From: Malacoraja senta
Lineage: Eukaryota
Assembly: GCA_038087875.1 (NCBI GenBank)
Contig: CM075990.1
Span: 2,110,001 to 2,174,000, forward strand
Reading direction: 5' to 3'
DNA: 64,000 nt
Part shown: positions 1 to 12,550 of the stretch, piece after piece
Position numbering within the stretch: position 1 is the first letter of the stretch
Layout: each line of letters begins with the position of its first letter
The notes under the pieces: model-generated
Seen by the model: only the letters and a program-made list of their open reading frames with translations
Told to the model about the DNA's origin: nothing
Databases searched by the model: none
Translations under genes and position numbers: made by a program

Positions 1-540
1 GTATTGTGAGCAATTTTGGGCCCCATTTCTGAGGAAGGATGTGCTGGAGTTGGAGAGGGTCCAGAGGAGGCTTATGAGAATGATCCCAGGGATGATTGAG
101 AACATATGATGAGCGTTTGATGGCTCTGGGCCTGAATTTGATGGAGTTTAGAAGGTATGAGGAGGTTTCTCACTGAAGTCTACCGAACAATGGTAGGCCT
201 GGATAGCGTGGATGTGGAGAGGATGTTTCCACTAGTGGGAGAGTCTAGGACCAGAGGGCACAGCCTCAGAATAAATGGACGTAGCTTTAGAAAGGATATG
301 AGGAATAATTCTTTCACAGTCAGAATGTGGGATTCATTACTGCAGACGACTGTGGTGGCCAAGTCACTGGGTATTTTTAAAGTGGAGATTGATAGGTTCA
401 TGATTAGTAAGGGTGTTAAAGGTTATGGGGAGAAGGCAGGAGAATGAGGTTGAGGTGAAGAGATCGAGACATGAGTTGAATGGTGGAGGAGACACGATGG
501 GCCTGATTCTGTTTCTATGTCTTATGATCATATGGTCTTA
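1..540 (+). mobile_element. CR1-clade LINE (HER1-like) 3' fragment
   Basis: ORF 157..447 has the CR1 ORF2 C-terminus (DVERMFPLVGESRTRGHSLRI...GVKGYGEKAGE), followed by the 3'UTR that recurs across the window. Confidence 0.9.
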
Positions 541-1676
541 TGACAAGACATCAGCTTTCAAGGCAAATTGTGACAGAAAAACAGCACCAGAAATCTAGCG
601 TTTAAGACAGGATGATGCTTTTAGATAGGAACATGGACATGCAGAGAATATGGATCATATGAGGTCAGTAGTATAACTTGGCATCGTGTTTGACACAGAC
701 ATTGTGGGCCGAAGGGCCTCTTCCCGTGCTGTACTGTTCTATGTTCTGTCCCCACGGCTTTTAATGTAACATTTAAAAGGATGTTCTCTGTAATTGGTGT
801 TTAAATAGTCCTGGGAATTGTCACTTATAATTGAGTTTTCTGCCATTTCATTAAAATGCTGTGACTTTCTGAATTTGTGATTGTCAACTCCTGCTGGAAG
901 TGCCAGGGTTCACCTCTGATGCAGGTGCAGTATAACAGCCTTGGTGTGTTGTTCATTAGGGGTTGAGTTCCTGCACAGTGCCGCCCCACTCAGGGATGTT
1001 ATGCTGAGGCTTCACAAGGCGCTGATCAGTCAGCAGTTCTGGGCCCCATATCTGAGGGTGGATGTGCTGGCGTTGGAGAGGGTCCAGAGGAGGTTTGTGA
1101 GAATGATCCCGGGATGACTGGGTTAACATATGATGTGCGTTTGACAGCACTGGGCCTGTACTTCAATGCTTTAATGGTGTTTTTATTGCAAAGTGGTAAC
1201 ACAGTGAAATTCTTTTTGGTACAAATATACGGGCGGCAGGGTGGCGCAGTGGTAGAGTTGTTGCCTTCCAGCACCAGAGACACGGGTTCGATCCTGACTA
1301 TGTGTGCTTTATTGTATAGACTTCTCTAACTTCAAATAGCCCCTGTGTTTCCTCTCTATCCCCACTCCTTCTCAGTTCTCCCACCAGTCTTACTGTCTCC
1401 GACCACATTTTATCTCTGTCCCGTCCACTCTCCTGCCATCAGTTTGAAGAAGGGTCTCGACACGAAACGTCACCCATTCCTTCCCTTCAGAGATGCTGCC
1501 TCACCCGCTGAGTTCCTCCAGCATTTAGTGTCTACCCTGACTATAGGACTATGACCCTATGTCTCTATGACTGTATCTCAGCCATGATTGAATGGCAGAG
1601 TAGACTTGATGGGCTGAATAGCCTAATTCTGCTCCTAGAACTTGACATGACTTTATGACTATGACTCGATGACTCT

Positions 1677-2195
1677 AAGTAAGTAAGTTTATTGGCCAAG
1701 TATTCACATACAAGGAATTTGCCTTGGTGCTCCGCCCACAAGTAACAACATAACATACAGTGACAGTTACGAATGACTCAGAAAACACTAAACATTAATA
1801 ATAATAAGACATTAATGATAAAACACCATTGATCAAGCATGTGAACCAACAAAATACCAGATCAAAGGGAGGCTACAGATTTTTGGCTGTTGAGTAGAGC
1901 AACCACTCGTGGATAAAAACTGTTTTTATGTCTGGCTGTGGCAGCTTTGACAGTCCGGAGTCGCCTTCCAGAGGGAAGTGATTCACAGAGTTTGTGGCCA
2001 GGGTGAGAGGGGTCAGAGATGATCTTGCCCGCTCGCTTCCTGGCCCTTGCAGTGTACAGTTCATCAATAGAGGGAAGGTTGCAGCCAATACCATTCTCTG
2101 CTGATCGGACGATTCGCTGCAGCCTCCAGGTGTCGTGCTTGGTGGCTGAGCCAAACCAGACCATGATGGAGAAGGTGAGACCAGACTCTACGATG
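1677..2195 (-). mobile_element. Rex1/Babar LINE 3' fragment
   Basis: MVWFGSATKHDTWRLQRIVRSAE...PSHPGHKL.ESLPSGRRLR; near-identical to the 3' part of 42441-43380; short (TTAC)n tail. Confidence 0.85.
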
Positions 2196-2771
2196 ACTCT
2201 ACACCTATGGCTCTGTGTAACTGTGACTCTATGACACTATGTTTCTATGTCTCTGTCACTCTGTCTCCGTGACTCTATGACTGTGTGTCTCTGTCTCCGT
2301 GACTCTGTTTCTCTGTGTCTCTGTCTCTGTCTCCGTGTCTCTGTGACTCTATGACTCTGTGGGATGCCTGCTCTGTCCTGCCCCATCGCGAGTCTTAAAC
2401 CAGTTCAGCAGCAGTGCGGAAGGACACAGCCTTCCATCCCAAGAACTATGTTTAGGAAGGAACTGCTGGTTTAAACCGTAGATAGACACAAAAAGCTGGA
2501 GTAAGACCCTTCTTCTTACTGAGAGTCAGAGGAGAGGGGAACTAGAGGAATGAAAAGGTACAGAACAGATTAGAGCCGGCACCGATGACCAAAGCGGCCA
2601 AGTTGGTCCATTGTTGGCTGTGGAAGAAGTGATAACGAAGGGATACTGAAGAAGTCTGAAGAAGGGTCTCGACCAGAAACATCATCCATTCCATCTCTCC
2701 AGAGATGCTGCCTGTCCCGTTGAGTTACTCCAGCTTTTAGTGTCTATCTGAAGATCTATTGAAGATTATTT

Positions 2772-3090
2772 GGGTGGTCACGGTGGTGCAGCGGTAGAGT
2801 TACTGTACAGGGAATGCAGCGCCGGAGACGCGGGTTCGATCCTGACTACGGGTGCTGTCTGTATGGAGTTTGTACGTTCTCCCCGTGACCTGCGTGAATT
2901 TTCTCCGAGATCTTCGGTTTCCTCCCACACTCCAAAGACGTACAGGTTTGTAGCTTAATTGGCTTGGTAAATGTAAAAATTGTCCCTAGTGTGTGTAGGA
3001 TAGTGTTAGTGTGTGGGGATCGCTGGTCGGCGCGGACCCGGTCGGCCGAAGGGCCTGTTTCCGCGCTGTATCTCCAAACTAAACAAAACT
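2772..3090 (+). mobile_element. HE1-type tRNA-derived V-SINE, full length (representative of several dozen copies and fragments in the window)
   Basis: A box TGGTGCAGCGG, B box GGTTCGATCC, V-domain GGAGTTTGTACGTTCTCCCCGTGACC...TTTCCTCCCACACTCCAAAGAC, CR1-like 3' end GGCCGAAGGGCCTGTTTCC, (CTAAA)n tail. Confidence 0.9.
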
Positions 3091-3136
3091 AAAATCCCAC
3101 ATTACATTTCATATTCTGTTGTGCTGCTGCAAGTAA

Positions 3137-3624
3137 AGGGCCTGTCCCACGAGCATGCGAATGCATGCGGCTAGCGTGATCTAACGTGGTCGCTTGAGCC
3201 GTACGGCCTCGTGGGGCCGGTCCCACTTCGATCGCCGGAGCCGTATGGAGTTGTGCGGGGCTGGTCCCGACATCGAGCAGGGCTCCGAAAAACTGACACT
3301 GTTCAAAAATTCCACGGGGCAACGGCCTGCCGGCCCGCAGCCGCCTCGACGCCGTACGCAACCGCATCGAGGCCGTATGCAGCGTCTCGACGCCGTACGC
3401 AGCGTCTCGACGCCATACGCACGTCTTGACGGCGTACGCCTAGCGCGTGGCGTTGAGCGATGACATCACCGCCCGGCGCCCGTGCGACGTCCAAATTCAG
3501 TCGGCCCGCCTTCTGCCCAGCTGATTGGTGAGTATGATGTCAGGACCGGCCCCGCACAACTCTAAACGGCTCCGCGTTTGGTCGCGCTAGCCGCATGCAG
3601 TCGCATGCTCGTGGGACAGGCCCT
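3137..3624. mobile_element. PIF/Harbinger-type MITE (non-autonomous DNA transposon), 488 bp
   Basis: ~40-bp TIRs AGGGCCTGTCCCACGAGCATGCGA(A/C)TGCATGCGGCTAGCG; flanks TAA (3134-3136) and CAA (3625-3627) fit a mutated TAA TSD; it interrupts a repeat that resumes after 3627. Confidence 0.8.
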
Positions 3625-4324
3625 CAAGAATGTCATTGTTCTATCTGGGACATATGACAATAAAACACTCTTGACTCTTGAGGACCGACTCCTGTTTCTA
3701 GGGTTAGTGAAGACCGACACAAAATGCTGGCGTAACTCAGCGGGACAGGCAGCATCTCTGGGATGAAGGAATGGGCGACGTTTCGGGTCGAGACTGAAGA
3801 AGGGTCTTGACCCAAAACGTCACCCACTCCTTCTCTCCAGAGATGCTGCCTGTCCCGCTGAGTTACTCCAGCATTTTGTGTCTATCCAGGAACAATACTG
3901 TCAGTCACCTGAAACAGGAAAAATCGACCTCTGATGTGAAAGCAGCTTTAGGGTTTACAAAGGCATTTACACTTTGTATTGTGTTGTTGTACCATTGTTT
4001 GTTGATCAGCAGTGACGGGTGTTGTTGAATTATTCAGTGCTGTCAGGCTTGTGCTGTCAGTTGCTGTGGTGATGTTGTTCCAGAACATTTTTTTTCCCCA
4101 ACTATAAACTAACTGGTGAAGCTTCTGAACCTGGAGCAAGCCAGCGATCAGTGTGGCGCTCATCTGAACAAAGCCATCGGGCAGTTTCTGTAACCAGAGG
4201 GCAGGCTGTGGTCACGTCTGTGGCAAGATACATCGCACAGGTAAAACCTTGCTCTTTCTCATGGAAGACATTGTCCATCGTTTCAGTCATGCAGGTGGCA
4301 GCATTTCTTGTCAGGAGTGTCGAG

Positions 4325-4685
4325 AGTCATAGAGTGATACAGCGTGGAATCAGGCCCTTCAGCTCCACTTGCCCACAACGGCCAACATGCCCCATCTACA
4401 CTAGTCCCACCTCCCTGTGTTTGGCCCATATCCCTCTAAACCTACCCTATCCATGTACCTGTCCAAATGTTTCTTAAACGTTGCCTTACTACCTGCCTCA
4501 ACTACCAGCTCGTTCCTGACACCCACCACTCTTTGTGTAAAAAAAGTTCCCCTCAGGTTCCTATTAAACATTTCCCCCCTCATCTTAAATCCATGTCCTC
4601 TGGTTCTCGATCCCCCTATTCTGGGCAAGAAACAGTGCGTTTACCCGATCTATTCCTCTCATAACTTTGTACACCTATATAAGAA
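4325..4685 (-). mobile_element. CR1 LINE 3' fragment
   Basis: ORF 4401..4628 SRTRGHGFKMRGEMFNRNLRGTFFTQRVVGV. Confidence 0.85.
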
Positions 4686-4689
4686 CACC

Positions 4690-5260
4690 TCTGCTGAGTC
4701 CGCCTTGGCCTAAGTGATCTCCCACTTGCCAAACACTTCAACTCCCCTTCCCATTGCCACACTGACCTTTCTGGCTTGTGCCTTCTCCACTGTCAGAGTG
4801 TGGCCCAACGCAAATTGGAGACACAGCATTTCATGTTTCACTTTGGGCAGCTTACACCCCAGCGGTATGATTTCTCTAACTTCAAGTAACCCTTGCATCC
4901 CCTCTCCCTCTGTCCCTCCCCCACCCTAGTCGTGCTAGTTTCACTATCGTCCTGTTGAGTTTCACTGTCAGTATAACTTGTTCACATCTGGCCCACAGCC
5001 AACAATGGACCATTGTGGGCTCCACTTTTCCCTGATCATCGTTACGTTTCGTATATCTTGCATTAGTTTGTTCCATATGTCTCTACATCATCGTCTATAT
5101 CACTCAGTTCCCTTTCCCCTGACTCTCAGCCTGAAGAAGTGCCCCGACCCAAAACGTCACCTATTCCTTTTCTCCAGAGATGCTGCCTGACCCGTGAAGT
5201 TACTCCAGCTTTTTGTATCTATCTTCGGTTTAAACTAGCATCTGCAGTTCCATCCCATAC
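4690..5260 (+). mobile_element. Penelope-derived element (GIY-YIG C-terminal remnant plus pLTR with degenerate hammerhead core)
   Basis: Homologous to 40530-40996; CTGAAGAAG...AAAACGTCAC at 5131-5160. Confidence 0.75.
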
Positions 5261-7583
5261 AGTTAATAGGTTGAGAAAGGTGAAGAGGTAAATGTTGTGT
5301 TTATTTCTGGTGTGCCCATATATTTTCAAGAGTTCTTTATTGTTTTGAGCGCTGGAGAATTAATTTCTATCTGCAACCTGCTGTGGATTAATTTACAAAT
5401 ACAAAAACATTGTCGGTTAATATCCAAATGCATTTTAGTTAGATGTCTCATTATCAACTGTCTGGTACAGCTGCTGCCTTACAGCGCCAGAGACCCGGGT
5501 TCGGTCCTGACTACGGGTGCTGTCTGTGTGGAGTTTGCACGTTCTCCCTGTGACCGCGTGGGTTTTCTCCAGGTGCTCCGGTTTCCTCCCACACCTCAAT
5601 GACGTGCGGGTTTATAGGTTAATTGGCCCTCTGTAAATTGCATCTAGTGTGTAGAGAGTGGATGAGAAAGTGGGATAACATAGAACTAGTGTGGACGGGT
5701 GATCGATGGTCAGCATGAACCAGGTGGGCCGAAGGGCCTGTTACCACGCTATATCTCTAAACCAAACTAAACTAAACTAAACTAAACTAAACTACTTTAT
5801 CTCTCCACATCACCGTCTATATCTCCCATTTCCCTTATCCCTAACCAGTCTGAAGAAGGGTCTCGACCCGAAACATCACTCCAGAGATGCTGCCTGTCCC
5901 GTAAGTTACTCCTGCTTTTTGTGTCTATCTTAAGCTAATTACAACCAGCACTTTTCTAACCATGGATGTTATAAATCTCACTGACAATTAATTTTATATG
6001 ATGCAGCACCATTGACATAATTTGGGGGAGTTTTATTGTGGATAAACCATGCTGGTTGAACAAAACTCCTGGCCAAGCGTCAGCATAACAATTCCCCAAC
6101 AGGTCCGAGACCAGTATTCTGCAATCAATTACTTTCCTCTAGACTAAGCTGATTTTCAATGACACTGAACAGTTTTCTCTGGAGCTGGGCCAAGGAATTT
6201 CTAGGCTTCTGGCTCTCAGTTGCCTTCTGAATAAATAACAGTTTCCTGTGATTAAAGATTAGATAAACCCTCAAAATGGGAATGAGGAGGAATTTCTTCA
6301 GCCAGAAAGTGGTGGAACTGTGGAATTCATCGCCACAGATGGCTGTGGAGGCCAGGTCATTGGGTATTTTTAAAACGGTTCTTGATTAGAAAGGGTGTCA
6401 AAGGTTGTGAGGAGAAGTCAGGAGCATGAAGTTGTGAGGGAAAGATGGATCAGCCATGATCGAATGGCGGAATAGACTCGATGGGCCGAATGGCCTAATT
6501 TAGCTCTTATCTCTTATGGTCTTGTGGACTAACTAGAAATACCATTCGCTGGCGATTGGCTTCATCCTTCGTCCCACTGACTACTTGAAGCAGATCACAT
6601 CCCATTTTGATGTTAGACAATAGACAATAGACAATAGGTGCAGGAGTAGGCCATTCGGCCCTTCGAGCCAGCACCGCCATTCAATGTGATCATGGCTGAT
6701 CATCCCCAATCAGTACCCCGTTCCTGCCTTCTCCCCATATCCCCTGACTCCACTATTTTTAAGAGCCCTATCTAGCTCTCTCTTGAAAGCATCCAGAGAA
6801 CCTGCCTCCACAGCCCTCTGAGGCAGAGAATTCCACAGACTCACCACTCTCTGTGAGAAAAAGTGTTTCCTCGTCTCCGTTACGTTACGTTAGATTCTGG
6901 GACTAGCAATGGACTTCAGCACCAGGGCTTCTATCTCAAAAAGTCATAGGGAATAGGTGTAGAATTAGGCCATTCGGCACATCAAGTCTACCCCGCCATT
7001 CAATCATGGCTGATCTATCTCTCCCTCCTAACTCTATTCTCCTGCCTTCTCCCCATAACCCCAGCCACCCGTACTAATCGAGAATCTATCTATCTCTGCC
7101 TTAAAAATCTCCTCCATTGGAACATCACCCATGCATGCCTGCCCTTGTTCATATGTAGCCAAAGATTCTGAAGAGCTGTCGACAAGGCTTTCCAGTGCAA
7201 TGAACGAGAAGCAGTCGCCGTTTTGACAGAATAGACATTGATTAAACCTGCTCTTTTTGAATGATGGAGAAACGTCAAGGAGCTGAATGTCTATTACTCT
7301 CCTTTTCCTGAAGTTTTATGGTTTTTTCATTCACTTTCACCAAACTCGAACAACCCCTGTTCAGCATACTCTCTTAGGGCGGCTCAGTGGCTCAGCGGGT
7401 AGAGCTGCAGACTCACAGTGCCAGGGCATTGAGTTCGATCCTGACCTCGGATCCAGTCTTTGTGTGGAGTTTGCACGTTCTCCCTGTGATCGTGTGAGTT
7501 TTCTCCGGGTGCTCTGGTTTCCTCGCACATTCCCAAAGAAATTGCTCCGAGTGTGTAGGGAGTGTTTAGAATTAGTGTGTGAC

Positions 7584-8037
7584 AATAGACAATTGACAAT
7601 AGACAATAGGTGCAGGAGTAGGCCATTCGGCCCTTCGAGCCAGCACCGCCATTTAATGTGATCATGGCTGATCATCCCCAATCAGTACCCCGTTCCTGCC
7701 TTCTCCCCATATCCCTTGACTCCGCTATCTTTAAGAGCCCTTTCTAGCTCTCTCTTGAAGGTATCCAGAGAACTGGCCTCCACCGCCCTAGAGGCAGAGA
7801 ATTCCACAGACTTACAGCTCTCTGGGTGAAAAAGTGTTTCCTCGTCTCCGTTCTAAATGGCTTATCACTTATTCTTAAACTGTGGCCCCTGGTTCTGGAC
7901 TCCCCCAACATCGGGAACATGTTTCCTGCCTCTAGTGTGTCCAAACCCTTAATGATCTTATATGTTTCAATAAGATTCCCTCTCATCCTTCTGAACTCCA
8001 GAGTGTACAAGCCCAGCCGCTCCATTCTCTCAGCATA
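7584..8037 (-). mobile_element. Young CR1 3' fragment with (TATTGTC)n tail, nested in an HE1 SINE (7379-8135)
   Basis: ORF 7744..8094 ERMERLGLYTLEFRRMRGNLIETYKIIKG; SINE sequence stops near 7580 and resumes near 8038. Confidence 0.85.
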
Positions 8038-8369
8038 TGTGAACGGGTGTTTGAAGGTCAGCATGGACTCATAGGGCAGAAGGGCCTGTTTCAATGCTGT
8101 ACCTCTAAGTTAAACTAAACTAAACTAAACTAAACCAGCTAACATTCCTTCTCCTCGCACATTCAGACGTCAGGGAGCAGATGCAGGAATCAGTGTTAAT
8201 GGTCTAGAATTATCATCTTTCATTGAAATTCAGAACTATTGTGATGAACTCATCACGGATGCCGCTTGACTTGCTGTGTATCTCCACCTTTATGGATTTC
8301 AACAAGGCCTTTGATAAGGTTCTGCATGGTATGCTGTTCTGGAAGGTAGCAATATAGGATTCAGGGAGA

Positions 8370-8757
8370 GCTACTAAATAACTCAGCAGGACAGGCAGCA
8401 TTTCTGGAGAGAAGGAATGGGTGACGTTTCGTGTCGAGACCCTTCTTCAGACTGATGTCAGGGGAGTGGGCGGTACAGAGATAGAATGTAGTCGGAGACA
8501 GTAAGACGGGTGGGAGAACTGGGAAGGGGAGGGGATGGAGAGAGAGGGAAAGCAAGGGCTATTTGAAGTTAGAGAAGTCAATGTTCATACTGCTGGGGTG
8601 TAAGTGAAATATGAGGTGCTCTTCCTCCAGTTCGCGTGTGGCCTCACTCTGACAGTGGAGGATGCCCAGGACAGAAAGGTCAGTGTGGGAATGGGAAGGA
8701 AGTGTTTGGCAACTGGGAGATCCAGTCGGCCTCAGCAGACCGAGCTTAGGTGTTCGA
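8370..8757 (-). mobile_element. Penelope-derived element nested in an old CR1
   Basis: SHSHTDLSVLGILHCQSEATRELEEEHLIF...MNIDFSNFK (GIY-YIG tail); hammerhead-like core at 8421-8453. Confidence 0.75.
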
Positions 8758-9430
8758 AAGATTAGGGTCCCGAAACTGGTGGTGTGCCTCATGGATCAGT
8801 GCTGCGGTCAATGCTGTTTGTTATCTACATCGATGATTTAGAATTACAGCAGTATCAGCTGGGCAAGTGGGCTGAGGAATGACAAACGGAGTTTAGTTCA
8901 GGTAAGTGCAAGGAGTTGCTTTTTGGGAAGTCAAATCAGGGTAGGACTATCACTGTGTATGCATGGCCTCGGGAAGTGTTGTAGGACAGAGAGATCTAGA
9001 TGTACAAGCTGACGCAAGCAACTGCAGGTGCTGGTATCTTGAGCAAAACACAAAGTGCTGGAGTCACTCAGAAGGTCAGGCAGCATCTCTGGAGGACATG
9101 GATAGGCGGCGTTTCGGGCCATGAGTTTTCTTTCAGACTAGGTATATAGGTAGACAAGGTGGTGAAGAAGGCTTTTGGCATGAAGGGCTTCATCGGTTTG
9201 GGCATTGATATAGAAGTAGGGATGTTATGTGGCAGATGTGTGAAACATCTGGTGAGGCTACACTTCGAGGATTGTCTTCAGCTTTGATCACCCTGATATA
9301 GGAAATATGTCATTAAGCTGGAAAGAGTGCAGTAAAGAGTTATGAGTGATTGCCAGGACTCGAAGGACTGAGTTGAAGGGAGAGGTTGAGCAGGCTAGGA
9401 CTTTATTCCTTGGAGCGCAGGAGGATGAGC

Positions 9431-9473
<43 letters not shown>

Positions 9474-10419
9474 TAGATAGATAGAAGACAGACAGACAGA
9501 GTGAAATTAAATACGCAGTAAATAAAACAGTTAAAGTCTGAAGAAGGCTTCCGACCTGAAACGTCACTTGTCCCTGTTCTTCAGAGATGCTGCCTGACCC
9601 GCGGAGTTACTCCAGCATCTTCAACAACAGTTAAACGTCATTTGGACAAATAAGTGGAGAGGAAAGGTTTCGAGGATATGGATCAAATGCAGGTGAATGG
9701 GAGTACTAAGATGGGACATCTTGGTTGGCTTGGATACAATACAATACAATCAGTTTCATTCGTCGCTTGCACATAAAGTGCAAGTGAAATGAATTTGCCA
9801 GCAGCGGTACAATGAAAAAGAACACACAAGAACACAATAAGAATTGAACACAAACAGAACACAGAGTTGTTCTGTGTTGAATGATGGTCAATCTATCTTC
9901 TTATTTAGTTTTTCGTATTTAGTTTAGAGATACAGTGTGGAAACAGACCCTGCTGCTCACCGAGATCACCAGCGATCACCCCGTGCACTAGTTCTATCCT
10001 ACACACTAGGGACAATTTTACAGAAGCCAATTAACCTACAAACCTGCACGTCTTTGGAACATGGGAGGAAAACATGAGCTCCTGGAGAAAACCCATGCGG
10101 TCACAGGGAGAACATGTAAACTACACGCAGACAGCACCCGGGGTCAGGATCGAACCCGTGTCTCTGGCTCTACCGCTGTGCCACCCAATTGTGCAGTGTT
10201 CAAAACTAGGAGAACGTGCAAACTCCACACAGACAGCATCCGGGGTCAGGATCGAACCCGGGTCTATTGCGCTGTGGGGTAGCAACTCTACCAGCTGCGC
10301 AACTGTGTATGTGTTAGTCTTCCGGCATTCACAGCTTTTGCACATAACTAGATTATCTTTAAATTCACATCTATGATTCAGTTCAACCTTCTTGAGATGG
10401 TGACTTTCAACTACTCTGT

Positions 10420-10579
10420 TTAAGAAGGGACTGCAGATGCTGGAAATATCGAAGGTAGATAAAAATGCTGGAGAAACTCAGCGGGTGAGGCAGCATCTAT
10501 GGAGCGAAGGAGTAGGTGACGTTTCGGGTCGAGACCCTTCTTCAGTCTGAAGAAGGGTCTCGACCCGAAACGTCACTTA
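10420..10579. mobile_element. Penelope-derived inverted pLTR mini-insertion with 14-bp TSD
   Basis: TTCAACTACTCTGT duplicated at 10406-10419 and 10580-10593; 61-nt palindrome at 10516-10576. Confidence 0.85.
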
Positions 10580-10734
10580 TTCAACTACTCTGTGATACGT
10601 ACGTTGATGCTGAATTGCACTTCTGATGATGACATGTTTAAGGACCAGCGTACGGGGATAGAAACTATGACACAGTTTTTAAATGAGCTACGAGATCTCT
10701 CGTGCACAATTTCAATTGCAAGTTACAAAGATAT

Positions 10735-11076
10735 TGTCGTTGGAGAGGGTACAGAGAAGATTTACGAGGGTGTTGCCAGGACTTGAGGGTCTGAACTATA
10801 GGGAGGCTGAATAGGCTGGGACTCTATTCCTTGGAGCGCAGGAGGCTAAGGGGTGATCTTATAGAGGTGTATAAAATCATGAGAGGAATAGATCGGGTCA
10901 ATGCACAGAGTCTCTTGCCCAGAGTAGCGGAAACAAAAACCAGAGGACATGGGTTTAAGATGAAGAGGGAAATATTTAACAGGAATCTGAGGAGTATCTT
11001 TTTCACACAAAGGGTGGTGGGTGTATGGAACAATCTGCCAGAGGAGGTAGTTGAGGCAGGGACTATTGCAACATTT
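10735..11076 (+). mobile_element. CR1 3' fragment, left half (split by the DIRS insertion; resumes at 15927-16078)
   Basis: ERRRLRGDLIEVYKIMRGIDRV...EVVEAGTIATF; continues GAAACATTCGACATGCACATGGATAGG after 15926. Confidence 0.9.
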
Positions 11077-11296
11077 AATAGAAAGATTAAACGGGAACTT
11101 ACCGTTTGAAGTTTGATCTTTATTTTATGAGAAGTTGAAGTGAGGGATTACGTGATGAGCCTGCCAGCCCGCATGCGCGTCAAACTTTAAAGCAGCTGTA
11201 TGAAACCACAGAATAGTTGCTGACCTAAGCTATAGGAAGATTAACGAGCTGGAACTACCGAATGATCTTTATCAGAATAGGGTTGGGAGTGGAGGG

Positions 11297-11409
11297 CACG
11301 TAATCCCTCACTTCAACTTCTCATGAAATAAAGATCAAACTTCAAACGGTAAGTTCTCTTTTTAATCTTTCTATTTTATATTGAAGTCACGTGAGTGACT
11401 ACGTGAAGA
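11297..11409 (-). repeat. DIRS internal complementary region (ICR)
   Basis: 11297-11375 is the reverse complement of terminus 11077-11154; 11374-11409 is the reverse complement of terminus 15891-15926 (a few mismatches in each). Confidence 0.95.
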
Positions 11410-11585
11410 CTTCAAAGCTCTGTGGTTTCATGCAGTGAACCAGAGTCCATGCAAACATACTGCTCCAGTTGATCAGACATGGCTGAAGAAACATACTGCA
11501 TTGAAACATGATATTGACTTAAACACGTCCATGCTTTTAATGGAAATAATAATAATGGTCCCTTACATCAGGGATAAACAATAGA

Positions 11586-12550
11586 TTAATTAACAGAACT
11601 TAAAATTTTACTAGCAAACAAACCAGGCCTGGTAATAGGCTTATTATAAAACGTTTGAAAGGTTCGCTCATTCGCCCATCAAGCTGTCGCTAGGATGTGG
11701 TCCAGCGGAACTTCCATGACCCTTGCTGCCGACGTGGCTGCAGCCCTGGTAGAGTGAGATTTAAATACATCAGTGTTCACTCCTGCGAAAGCTAATACAT
11801 GTCTCAACCATCTAGAAATGGTCTGCACCGATACCCTTTTGTGTGGTTTTCTGTGACTGATGAACATAGCCAGTTCAGTGCCTCGAATGTCCTTTGTAAC
11901 CTTTATATATTGTTGAATATATGTAACGACACATAACCTACGATCTGGTGGATATGCCAAAAACTCCAGCTTAAGTCCTAGCACACCTGGTCTACTTTGC
12001 TTAACTATCTCATTTATGTAAAAGATTACCCTATTATTGGACATAACTGCCTTGTCCAGCCTTAATTTCTGTAATGACTGTAATTCTGTAAAGAAACGAG
12101 CGCCATGAGCATGACAAATTTATAGGTGAGCTAGACCAAAGATAAAGATGCAGCTGGTGCCCAACTACATTAATGTTCCATACCTCCCTATATCTGAGCC
12201 GAGGAGGGTTTTTGTTAAAAAATACCCCTCATAAATTTGCATACCAATGGGTGAGAGCCGACAGAATGGTGTCCCGATCCCTGCAGCAAGTATGACGACA
12301 AAGCACTACGAGCAGTGTTAATAGCACTATAACTCAATTTTTTGTCAAAATATAAAGTTGAAAGGAATTCCAACACATCGGCTATATCTGCCGTAACGTA
12401 ACTTATATGTGTATTGACACAAAAGTCTTCCCATTGTTTAATGTATGAAATGTACTGCTTCTTGGTGCCGTCCCGCCAAGCTGCAATGATTACGTCCACC
12501 GTCCGGTCGGATAATCCGAGCCCCAGGAAAGGTCTTCTTAGATTCTGCAA
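11586..12550 (-). pseudogene. DIRS tyrosine recombinase (YR), disrupted
   Basis: ORFs 12215..12550 (integrase N-terminal SAM-like: YSAINTARSALS) and 11679..12044 (SHSTRAAATSAA, HxxR motif); ATA*W replaces the usual AGW; TFQTFY catalytic Tyr follows; frameshifts and stops present. Confidence 0.9.

Noticed and set aside
2772..2850. tRNA-like sequences with A and B boxes (many copies)
   Set aside because: SINE heads continuous with the V-domain, not tRNA genes
3337..3440. Regular ~20-bp repeats as a CRISPR-like array
   Set aside because: Tandem units without unique spacers, inside a MITE in eukaryotic DNA
3948..4163. Minus-strand ORF MFWNNITTATDSTSLTALNNSTT..., resembling a glycosylated receptor N-terminus
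   Set aside because: Short, no recognisable domain, no convincing donor or downstream exon; needs BLASTX or RNA-seq
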